NCBI GenBank assembly: GCA_951406725.2
Contig: OX597837.1
Location: 18,104,001 to 18,168,000 of the forward strand
Length of the DNA stretch: 64,000 nt
DNA from: Octopus vulgaris
Lineage: Eukaryota
Reading direction: 5' to 3'
Position 1 is the first letter of the stretch. Each line of letters begins with the position of its first letter. Shown here piece by piece: positions 24,861 through 35,732 of the stretch. The notes under the pieces were generated by a model that had not been told where the DNA came from, did not search any database, and saw nothing but the letters and a program-made list of their open reading frames with translations. The position numbers and the translations under genes were made by a program.

Positions 24861-27731
24861 TTGTATGTTGATGTGTAACCCAATAGAGAATTTTGAGTGC
24901 TACAAACTGGCTTCTCTGTGAACTAACATCTTGGTTAGTTAGCAGTAGGTTCATGTTCTTAGTCTTCCAGTGTCTTTTACAACACTGTTGAATAAAATTC
25001 AAGACTTTCTGCAAGGATAGGTGTCATTGATGATGTTGATATCTTCTAGGTTTAGGGTCCCAGATTTAGCACGGGTGTTGTGTTGTCAACACATGTAATG
25101 GTGTTATAAATGGTATAAGTGAGTTTGACAGACTGACAAGAACCAAATATTAACTGTAAACTAACTTTAGAAACCACTTCAATTTAATATTTTGTGTAGT
25201 CTATATCACTATAATTTGTTTAATTACCATTTTTTCCTCATGTACTTATGAATTTTAGCCTAGTAGCAATATGATAACTTGCAATATCTCTGTCTTATTT
25301 TACTGAAATTATGATGCCTAGTAATCTAGTGAAATTTTCAGGTCATTTACTATCTTCCTACTTAGTTGATATTTTTCATCACATGTCAGTACTGTCGAAA
25401 ATATTTAACTATTGATAGGCAATGTATTCAATATGAAATATTGTCAATGTGCTTCAATTAAATTTGAAAATAATCAAGAAATTGAAGTATTTAATAAAAT
25501 CACTAAATTCTACATCATTAAACTAGTATTTGAAAACATTACAAGATTAACAATGTATTGGTAGAATTGTTAGTGTGAAACAAAATGCTAGTGTTATTTA
25601 CTTAATGCTCCTTAGATTTGAAGTTCAAATCCCACCAAAGTCAAGTTTGCTTATCTTTCAAAGTTTGATAAAATAAAACGTGAAGTACGAGGCTTCATCT
25701 AATATTCTTATGAAGCATCATTATTATGAATGAAACAGAGAACAAAGACTAACAAAAGGTTCTAGTGATTGAAGGTTTAGATTTACATAAGAATACTTTA
25801 ACATATGTGGATTATGCCAGAGGTTGGCTCAGGCTATTATCAAAAGGGTAACCACTACCACAAACCTCACAGTAAATGTTTAACCCTGTAATGATCCTCC
25901 TCTGCTACTGCAGCTATTACCACCACCAGTTGATTATAGTTAATTTCAAAATTTTTTGGAGATGTTATATGTGTGACTGGTTGTTGTTAGATCCAAGTAT
26001 TCCTGGAATTAACAACCACCACCACCTTTTCTTTTTTAATTTTTGGGTATCATGTATCTGATACTGAGTAGTCTTAGATATCATTACTAAGATAGTAGAT
26101 AGTAACAGAAATTTTACCTGCTATTTCTTGCTGGTCAAGTGATTATGTAGAAGTTGGTGTAATGAATTATCTGCAATATAACAATAGGCCTTGTTTTTGT
26201 GATCTCGTACAGTATGACCAACCTCATTCAAAAGTGGGTTTAATTTTGCTGTGTTGACCTGACTTAGGCTTAGATTTAAGTATAAATTAACTGAATTGAT
26301 CCCTAGTGTGTTACTGGTCCTTAATGAATTGAATTCAAGAGGTATGAAAAGCAAAGTTAATCCACTAGAAAAACTTGAAATTGTTACAGTACCTCACCAA
26401 AGTAAGTTTATAAAATATACACTCCTCCCCACAGATTCCCTTGTTTTGGTAGTTTTGCAGTAAGTAAACTTAATTGGAAAATAGGTTCTTGCTTCCATTA
26501 TACAGTAGAGAAATTTTGTTCAGAAGTGTATCCCACTTTCAAAAATAGAATATGGTATTAGGAGGAAGGCACTTGATGCAAATATTCATTTTCAAATTTG
26601 TAGATCTGTCCAATAGATAGGAGCATGGAAAAAAATGTTTGAAATCTATTTTAAAGAAAAAATAATAAATTAAGAAAGAAATCAAATACTTCACATGCTA
26701 TTCCCATCATTAGGTATTCATAAAAGACTATAATAGTTTATTTTGAGAAGCAAATTATATGAAATGTGGAGCAATCTTTTTTAAAATGTCCAAGGCAATG
26801 ATAGATAGCCAGCAGGAATCTCTTAAGTAGGTAATGGTGGTGGTTCTGTTTCTATAATCCAAATGGCATGAAAGAAAAATGGAAGAAAAAAAAGGAAACA
26901 AAAATTTAGTGTCAGAGGTACTTAATCATTTGACAAAGAGGAAGATCTAGTTTAATTCCAAAAGTCTGGCTCCAGTTTGTCTGTGGCTGGGGTGTGAAGG
27001 AGTAAGTTGTGCAGGGTAGCTACTAACCAAGCAGGACTAAAATCAAGCCAGTAGCTTGCTGTGTGCCTGTATGTATGACTAGCTCAGGCCAGAGCTAGCA
27101 TAAGTAGCAGATACAGTAGTTAGTTAAGCACTTCAGTTATTCCTGACAAATTGCAAGTTAAAAATCATGATCACATGATAAAAATAATGAGCTTTTCTAG
27201 TCGATTATTATTAAGTGTATGATTGACTTTCAGACTGCCAAAAATTCTCAAAGAATTTAGATATTAATGTTAATAATTAAGATTTTTTTTTATTAAATAT
27301 TCTAAAATATTTATTTTCAAAAGTGTTTTTCTGAAACATTTAATAACTTGATTGATAAAGAGGCACTAATTATTTTTATCTTTTTGCTACTTTCTTACTT
27401 TTCTTGCCTTATTCTTAATCTCTTTACTTTCTCTGAATGTGTGTGCATTCTAATTAAGAGAAGTAGTTTTAAATCAAATTAGTTTTATAACATTATGTTG
27501 AATTACAAAAATAACAATATACTGGGTAGTTAAACAAATGTAGCAGTTAAATCTCTCTCATCAAATTCTTGAAAATTGAAGCCATAAAAGCAATAAGCAC
27601 CCCTTAGAAACTCCCTACTGTCTTAAATATAGAGGCCACATTTCAAATCTTACATCTTGACAGGGTTGTCATAATTAGACAGTGGTTATACAGTGAAGTT
27701 TCACCCTAATCCAGTAAACTGGGGCATAAAA

Positions 27732-27878
27732 GGCACAGGTGTGATTTTGTGGTCAGAAGTTTGTTTCCCAACCATATGGTCTCAGGTTCAGTTCCTCTAC
27801 ATGGCACTTTTGGTTGGTCTCTAATATAGCCTAAGGCCAGCCAATGTCTTGTGAATAGAAACTGTGTGAAAGCTCTAC

Positions 27879-27934
<56 letters not shown>

Positions 27935-28162
27935 TATTGTCCCCATGTCACAGCTTCATGTGATAATTGCAAATGTCAGTCATGCAAGTGGCATCCTTCA
28001 TTTCCAATCTTCTATGAAAATATGTCTGGTCATGGGGAATATTACCTTACTTGGAAGCAGGTGAGGGTCAGTAACAGGAAGGGCATCCAGGCATAGAAAC
28101 TCCACCTCAACAAATTCCATTCAACCTATGCAAACATGGAACAGTGGATGTATAATGATGAT
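27732..28162 (+). mobile_element. tRNA-derived SINE (family B), decayed
   Basis: Head ggcacaggtgtg...aaccatatggtctcaggttcagttcc, an internal microsatellite and a (GAT)-like tail. Related to the minus-strand copies at about 22680-22815, 41180-41440, 43350-43580 and 43750-44131. Confidence 0.75.
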
Positions 28163-28469
28163 AACTCATGAATCGCTGATAAATGATTGATTGGCTATTA
28201 TCAGTTATAGCTCTACTGAAAACCATGCTGACCAACGACAGTTTCTCATACTCAATATGAAAGCATAGTCAATGTAACTGAGCCTAGTTACTGATACTGT
28301 TTTAATGGTTATCTGCAAGATTTAAACAAAAGTCAACGATCCCCGCCATCAAGCTGTTTACTGTTCAGAGTTGTCACCTTACTACCATACATCACACTCT
28401 CTCCATTGTATTCTATTTTTAATTAACTTCAATTCTGGGTTATCTCTTGCTTTCTTTTTTTTTTTAATC

Positions 28470-28683
28470 AGAATTTAGAATTTAAACTGGCTGTATTCAG
28501 CCCCAATATTCTATCTGTTTTATGTTCAAGCTGACTGGATCTGGCCTTTCACACCTACCTTACAATGTCATTCTAAAACTAAACACATCATCAAAATCTT
28601 GAAGTTACAAGATAATGCAAGATTAATTCAAAACAATGTGAATAAAGATTAGATATAAAGTAATCTGAATGCTAAAGGGTTAA
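28470..28683. mobile_element. piggyBac-type MITE, left end eroded
   Basis: Homologous to 5789-6002. Right end ctgaatgctaaaggg|TTAA. Confidence 0.75.
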
Positions 28684-29104
28684 GGTGGATATTTTTCTCA
28701 TCACTACACACGTAATTTTAATTTTTGAGCTCATATTTTTTGTTAGCAACCACATTAATATGAGCCCTACACTAATACAAAATCATGAAATGGTAAAGAA
28801 TGTATATAAATTGAATTGAGTGAGAACATGACTGGTCATGATGAGATAAAAGACAGTTGACTTGGAGAGTAGCAAAATGTGATTAGGTTCTCTGCCATTG
28901 ATTTAATCCTAATGTTTTACTGGTATTATCATCTGAAAGACAATCTTGATTTGTGTGAGGTTTTAAATAAAATAAAAACCATAAACTTCTGTAGAGTTCA
29001 GCATTATTGGCCAGACTACAACACAGGCTACATACATGTATGTATGTGTACATATATGAATATATGAGGCTACATACATCTATTTATATGTACATACATG
29101 AGAC

Positions 29105-29161
<57 letters not shown>

Positions 29162-29661
29162 TTGAGGAAGTTAAGTCTTCATTAGAGATTATATAATCCA
29201 AGGTATTCCACTACTTCAATCTGTATCATATAATGGTAAAGTCATTTGTATATGTTTAGGATTACTGAAATTATTAATATAGAGGGAAAAACAAGTAGAA
29301 GAAAATGGAAAATAAATGGATGTAATTACTCATTTATTTGCATGTTGTAGAAAGATGATGCTTTTTAAAAAAATATTACAAATAAAGTGGAAGTTGAAAG
29401 CCCAAAAGAAGTTAAGAACCTATATATATGTTTCTATCAAAACCAATAGATAGATAGGAGTTTCCAAACATGTTTAATGTCAAGAAAATTGTCATATTCA
29501 TACTGTTTTATGGTTGAACTTCTTCAAGGTTCAAAAAGAGCTAACTCCACTTCGATAACCATTATATCTTTTTATCTAACAGAGATATAATAATTACCTA
29601 AGTGGAATTAGCCCCTTTTGAACCCTGAAGATGTCCAACCATAAAGTAATATGAATGTGGC

Positions 29662-29708
<47 letters not shown>

Positions 29709-29769
29709 AAATGCTGTTGGTATGTCACACACTTTTCAAAACTATGAGGAGGGTATTTATATAAAATGT

Positions 29770-30610
29770 CAAACAACAGGGAAGGTTTTTACTTCACTCA
29801 TTTGAGAAATTCTTTATGTGCTGATGATTGTGTTCTTGTCTGTCATTCTGGAAAAGGTTTGCAAATCTCTTGTACCTGCATTTGACTGCACTTGTGATGA
29901 TTTTGGCTTGACCATCAACTTGAAAAAAAAATCAGTTGTATCAATCTACATGTTGTGCTGTTTGTAACCCTGCCTAAAATTTTTGTTCAGGGTAAATTAC
30001 TGGTGGTTGTTGATTTGTTCATCTACCTTGGAAGTTCTGTACAAACTGATGGAAATCTGGATACAGAAATACATCAGTGAATTCCAAGGCAGCATAAGCA
30101 TTTGGTGGCTTGGAGTCATGTTTGGCACTAGCAACACATACCCAACAAATTAAAGTTGACTCTTTACAAATTACTTGTCTTACCCTCTCTGCTGTATTCT
30201 TGTGAAAGATGGACATGTTATGAAAGACATCCTAAATTGTTAGAACAATTCCACCAAAAATGCCTTAGTTGCATTAGATGAACATGCCCAAACAGCTGTT
30301 TTATGGTGAACTTGCAGAGGGAAAACGCTATTGGCTTAAACCTAAAAAGAGGTTTAAGGACTGTTATGAAGTCACTTGGAATGGATCCAGAGGATGTAGA
30401 AACCTTGGCTTGGAATCAAGCTGGATGGCAAAAAAAAGTGTGGCGTGAAAGCGATTTAAGAGGCCAGTATAGAGCATGCAAGACTTGAGAGATTTAAGGA
30501 AGAATGTTACGATCGAGAAGGTGAATCACAATGACCTTTTTGTGTGCACAGTTTGTAGCAGACCATACTTTTCTTTTGCTAGAAGCAAATCCCATTTGCA
30601 AACCCTTGGA
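29770..30610 (+). mobile_element. RTE (BovB-like) LINE 3' fragment, heavily mutated
   Basis: Across frameshifts it reads CADDCVLVCHS (ADD at 29820-29828), DDFGLTINLKK, VVVDLFIYLGS, LLEQFHQKCL, PKQLFYGELAEGKR..KPKKRFKD and ETLAWNQAGW. These are characteristic RTE RT and C-terminal motifs. Confidence 0.9.
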
Positions 30611-30727
30611 AAATGAACCCCCATCAACTATTCTGCCAATATATCTTTGCACACCTTTCAATTTAAAAAAAAAAAAAATTACAATGCACAAAGATCAGAA
30701 CTTAGTTTTTTGTTTGGGGTTTCAGTT

Positions 30728-31125
30728 TTATTTCATTTTTTCCCTTTTCTTTTTCTCCCCTTTATGTTTGTGTTCGTGTTCTTTCCTTCCTTTTTCTTCC
30801 CTATCCTTAGCCTGGTTGTTCACAGGGGTGGGGGATCCACTGGATCAAAGAGACTTCTGGTTTTTGCTTCATTTTCCCTATCCTTATCAGCTTTGCCACA
30901 GTAGTTTTCCCTGATGACATCAAAAGTGTCAATGTGTGGTCTGATAAGGGCATAGGATTGGATGAATTCATTCTTTTTCCACTCTATCTGCTCAATGGTT
31001 CTACAGAAGCCATTGCTCTTCAGTGCAGCAGTGATGATGATGTTTGGCAGATTGCTGTTCGCAATTGTACATGCTTGCAACAGAAGATTCAATTCTTTGC
31101 TCTTCCACTTTGGTGCCATCTTCAT
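30728..31125 (-). pseudogene. Orphan ORF with Myb/SANT-like (trihelix-like) N-terminus and frameshifted charged tail
   Basis: ORF 30820-31125 reads MAPKWKSKELNLLLQA...TAALKSNGFCRTIEQIEWKKN, resembling the W-x-x-x-E-x-x-x-L-L...L-x-x-x-G-F-x-R-T-x-E-Q pattern. A frame change in the C-run near 30825-30835 continues PVNNQAKDREEKGRKEHEHKHKGEKKKREKMK* to 30728. Confidence 0.45.
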
Positions 31126-31129
31126 TTTC

Positions 31130-32165
31130 TAAGCCAGAAGGGGAGGGGAGGATAGAGAGGAAGTGAAAGACAGAGGGAGGTAAAGGGAAAAATAGAGGGA
31201 GATATGAAGGAAAGAGAGAGGGTAATATGAAGAATGAAAAAGGGGGTGTGGAGTGACAGCGAGACGGAGGGAGAGGAGAAGGGAAAGAGATACAAAGTGA
31301 GGGAGAGAGTGGAGAGAATGAAGGATGTGAGGGAGAGACAGGGTGAGAAGTATGAGGGAGAGGTAGATGCAGAGAGAGACAGAAGTGGAAAAAGGAGGAA
31401 GATATGAAAGGGAGGGAATGACGGAGAGAGGTAGATGTAGAGAGAGACAAAGGGAGGAAGATACAAGTGGGAGAGAGGTAGGTGTAAAGAGAGACAAAGG
31501 GAGGGAGAAGCAAGGAGAGAGGAAGAGGAAAGAATGAAAGAGAGAGGGGAGGAGGAGGTAACGAAGATAGGAAGGAAAAAGAAAAGCGAAAGGTATAGAT
31601 AGAGAGGGCCCGCTGCAGGAAAAACATAAAGTAAAAAGAACGATAAATGTCTATATAGGTATATGTATGTACTGAGTGTTAAGTGTAATTAATGTACAGA
31701 AACTGAATATTGAGAAGAGAGTTGTCAGAATTTTAGGAAAAAAATCTTTGTATTTCTTCATTATTATTATTAGTGCTTTCGTTTGTTTCTTGAACTTGCC
31801 AAATAGAATTTTGTGAATGTACAAACAGCTTGTTCATTTATATAAAACAGATGTTTTTTGGGTGTTTTGTTTAGAAGAGAACATTGTTTTTGTTCGGGTG
31901 AGGTTCCATTGACAATGGAGATGAATAGATAGAAATATAGGTAGACAGAGGGTGATATGAAGAAAGAGAAAGGAGGTGTTGAGCAATAGCGAGAGACAGA
32001 AGAGGTAGAGAAGGGGGAAGGGAAAAGAGAGAGGAGAGAATGAAAGATGTGAGGAAGAGGGAGAGATGGAGTGAGAAGTGGAGGGAAAATGAGAAGTATA
32101 TGAGGGAGAGGGGGACGGTAGCTGTAGAGAGAAACAAAGGAGGGGAGAGAGATGTGGGGAAAAGA
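31130..32165. repeat. Two long polypurine (GA-rich) low-complexity tracts
   Basis: 31130-31610 and about 31910-32165 are strongly G/A-biased on the + strand. They explain the spurious S/L/P-rich minus-strand ORFs. Confidence 0.9.
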
Positions 32166-32382
32166 TATGGATATATATGTATGTATGTATATATATATTT
32201 ATATATATATATATATATATACATGCATATATATACTTGGAAAAGAGTGCATGGCGTTCGATCATATAAATAGTATATAAATATATATGTAGATACATGT
32301 ATATATATATATGTATATAGATACATGTCTATATATATGTATATAGATACATGTGTATATATATATATATATATATATATCC

Positions 32383-33585
32383 TTAAATCTTTAAAAATGT
32401 TTCAGCCTGAAGGCTGCGGCCATGCTGGGGCACCACCGCTGAATGAGCTACACTAATATGTGAATCTACCTCTGATATGTGGCACTTGGTCAACAAGGGA
32501 GTTCGATGCTGCTGCCCGCATCTGTGTCTCCTGTCATGAGGTAGGTCATCTGGGACCCCCAACAATAAGAGATCCAGTTTAGTTTTAAAGAAACCCACAT
32601 CCACACCATGCAAGTCTCTCAGGCATTTAGGGAGGATATTAAAGAGCTGTGGTCCTCTGAAACCCAAGCTGTTGCAGTATCTGGTCCTGTATTTTGATGG
32701 TGATGTTGGAATCTTTGGCACCATGCAGTTCTGCGGTTGGAGTAACTTTGAATGCCAAAGTTTGAGACAAGACCCTCCAGGATTTCCAGATGTATATCAC
32801 CTCATATCTCTCCCACCTTCGCTCTAGGGAGAAGAGTTTTAATACTTTCAGTCTTTCCCAGTAGCTGATATGTTACATTGAGACGATCTTCTTAGTGTAG
32901 CTTCTTTGAATTGCTTTGAGTTCTGCTGATAGTTTTATATTGTGTGGTGACCATAGTTGGGAGCAGTAGTCCAAGCGGCTGAGGACGAAAGTTTTCCATA
33001 GGACCATCACTGTCTCCTTCTCTCTTGTTCTGAAAGTTCGGAGAATCCATCCAGCTAGCCGTCTGCATTTTATCACCAAATTAGTAATATGCACTTGGAA
33101 AGATGCATCATTGCTCATGTCAATGCCCAGGTCACGCACTGATTTTGACTCGGGGATTGCAATTCTTCCCGGGCCAGTGTATCCAGTCTGCATGTCATTT
33201 ACCTTTGTGTGTCGGTAGCGCAGGGCCTGAAACTTACCTGATTTAAACTGCATGTTGTTGTCCTTAGCCCACCTGTATATTGTATCCAACTCCTGTTGCA
33301 GATGTGCAATATTTCCAGGGTTTTGTATTGTGTGGGAGACTTTTGTGTCATCTGCATAGCTAGCAAGGGTGGCCATCTTAGTAACTGAGGGCATGTCTGA
33401 AAGGGCCACTATGAACAGCAGTGGCCCCAAGACAGTGCCCTGGGGGACACCACTTATTTGTGTTTCCTTGGAGGTGGCTCCATTCGTCACAACTGCCTGC
33501 CTTCTATCTTTTAGGAAGTTGTACAGCCACTCTCCAAGTTTTCCGCCTATGCCGAGACCACGCAGTTTGTGACAAATCATACCGC
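32383..33585 (-). mobile_element. CR1-group LINE, 5'-truncated, 3' half of the RT ORF plus 3' UTR
   Basis: ORF 32873-33580 has [26 protein letters not shown] and SRLDYCSQLWSPH. The C-terminus is in 32383-32724 (GPQLFNILP...FKTKLD). Frameshifts and stops are present. Confidence 0.95.
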
Positions 33586-33602
33586 ATATATATATAGATA
33601 CA

Positions 33603-33642
<40 letters not shown>

Positions 33643-33742
33643 CAGGTTTTGTTGAATTTCTGCTGCTTTTAAATAAAGTATATATGTGTATGTATATATA
33701 TATATGTGTGTGTGTGTGTATATGTATGTATATATATAGATA

Positions 33743-33774
<32 letters not shown>

Positions 33775-34000
33775 TGTATATATAGTGTGTGTGTGTGTGT
33801 ATGTATGTATATATATGTGTGTGTGTATATGTATGTGTATATATATATGTGTGTGTGTGTATGTATGTGTATATATATATATATGTGTGTGTGTGTATGT
33901 ATGTGTATATATATATATGTGTGTGTGTGTGTATGTATGTATATGTATATATATGTGTGTGTGTATATATATATATATGTATGTATGTATGTATGTATAA
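33586..34000. repeat. Compound (TA)n/(TG)n/(TATG)n microsatellite
   Basis: Directly visible. Similar tracts lie at 200-305, 2318-2390, 32170-32380, 51528-51596, 53865-54170, 61150-61300 and 61957-62195. Confidence 0.95.
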
Positions 34001-34139
34001 TTAATCAGCCGAAATTGCGAGGATGATCCGGTTCTTGACTGAAGATTGAAGGCTTCAAATGTCCCGTCCGTGTTTTTTGTATCGTCTTCTAAATGTTTTG
34101 CGTTCTTATCCCAGTTTGTATTTTTTTACATATACACAT

Positions 34140-34342
34140 ATACACCATCATCACTACAAGAACTGGAGACTGTTTTAGCTGAAGAATGGACAAAAATTCC
34201 TTTGGAAACAATTCAAACTTTGTACAAGTCTGTACCTTATAGAATTCAAGCTGTAATTACTACCAAAGGTGGTCCTATCTCATATTTAAATAAATTTGTT
34301 TGAAATTTTAAGGGGTTTTCATTATTTTGTCTAATCCTTGTA
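34140..34342 (+). mobile_element. Tc1-like transposon 3' end
   Basis: PSSLQELETVLAEEWTKIPLETIQTLYKSVPYRIQAVITTKGGPISY is a typical Tc1 transposase C-terminus. It is followed by the TIR-like cattattttgtctaatccttg|TA. Confidence 0.85.
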
Positions 34343-34424
34343 TGCATACATATATATATATATGTATATATGCGTGTGTGTGTAGACATATGTAGATATA
34401 TATGTATATATATATTTGTATGTA

Positions 34425-35440
34425 CCTAGGTTAACAAAGAATCGAGGCATTTTTGAGTCAAGACTGTTCCAGAGGTAGGTGACTATATGAGTGAATTGGG
34501 GTGTGTATGTATGTTTGTAGATGTTGCTTGAGTTATAGGTGCACATGTTTCTTTAGGACATGCTTCATGTCATATGCTTATATGTGATTAAGTTTTTTTG
34601 TTTGTTTTCCAAATCTTCACTGCAGTTGTCATATTTTGGAGATGGAGGTTTTGGATCAGTTTGGTGTATTCTTTCTTGGAGATCTCACCATTTTTAGAGT
34701 TTTATGCAAATCTGTTGTTATATAACCTTGTGCACCCATGATAATAGATACAGGTGAAAATCTATATTTTGCTTTAATTAAGAAAACTGTAAGTTCTCTG
34801 TTAGTTTTCAGTAGATTGTTTGTTTTTTTTCCACAACTTTGTGATTGGCATTCACTTTTTCTGGCAGTGGACTGTTAAAATAGGGCATGACTTGTATTAC
34901 ATGTCTGAGGAAACTATTAGATTTGTAGTGTTGCACTAGATTGCTCTGTAGATGTATGCATTTGATATAACCATTTGGACAATCCTTGTGGAAAGTATTG
35001 TAAATCATTTCAGTAATCATGTTGTCTGATGGGAAGGTTGTACCTTGATATTTTGTGGCAGCTCCTGCTGATGAGATATCTTCCACACTTGCATGGCATA
35101 ATTGACAGTTTCTATTACATCAGAGTTTTAGAGGCATCTTAATTTCTATTATTGATTTGGTATTTAACAGCTATCACCTGTTCATGAATAATGAAGGTCT
35201 ATCTAAATGGGATGTGAGGTTTGTCACGGGTCCAGGAGAGATGACTCCTCTTCTCAATGCTGTTGGCATCCTTTAGCTTGCAGTATATGTATTCATGCCA
35301 ATATGGGTGTTTCTTCTCCAAATTTCTGTTTCAGTAGGTTAGTTCTGGTAAATTTGGATCACGTGGAACAGCTAGGTTCTTGGAGAACTTATTCACATAA
35401 TGTATTTATTCCTTCCTTTACTGTTCAGTTGGTGTGTATG
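34425..35440 (-). mobile_element. Very decayed LINE remnant, possibly Ingi/Vingi (I-group)
   Basis: Minus-strand fragments RGVISP, KYQGTTF, LHLQNMTTAVKIWKTNK, HEACPKETCAPITQ and VTYLWNS occur in the order expected for QGGVISP, KYLGVTF, E..LPRETR..LAQ and DLW motifs. There are many stops and frameshifts. Confidence 0.4.
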
Positions 35441-35489
35441 TGATATAATGTGGTACTCATTCCTCACTCTTTAACACAGGTTGTGTCAG

Positions 35490-35732
35490 TATTACTTACG
35501 TTTTTGGATTTGGTTTGCAAGATTCTTTATATGAGTTCGTGTGTTGAAGCATATTCTGTTGTGTCTGGGGAGAGTCATTTTCTTTTAGTGTCTTATTATT
35601 TAACACACTCACCAGTAAAATTTCCACTTATTTCTTATTTTTATTCTCGAAAATTTTAGAGAATAAAAATAAGAAATAAGTGGAAATTTTACTGGTGAGT
35701 GTGTTAAATAATAAGGCACTAAAAGAGAATGA
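35490..35732 (-). mobile_element. 158-bp palindrome plus start of an ORF; probable 5' end of a Penelope-like element
   Basis: 35575-35732 is self-complementary about 35653/35654, with 3 mismatches in 79 pairs. A minus-strand ATG at 35578 opens MTLPRHNRICFNTRTHIKNLANQIQKRK* (stop at 35492). The palindrome is directly visible; PLE identity is inferred. Confidence 0.6.

Noticed and set aside
28154-28219. Possible C/D-box snoRNA (ATGATGA...CTGA...CTGA)
   Set aside because: The C box is the SINE (GAT)n tail, there is no terminal stem, and I see only about 8 nt of possible rRNA complementarity.
31001-32326. S/L/P/F-rich minus-strand ORFs of up to 208 aa
   Set aside because: All frames are open because the strand is nearly pure C/T, and no domain pattern is present.
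33706-34026. Long Y/I/C/V/M-rich ORFs (also 57-392, 53759-54365, 60991-61512, 61807-62309)
   Set aside because: They are translations of (TA)/(TG)/(TATG) microsatellites, which lack stop codons by composition.
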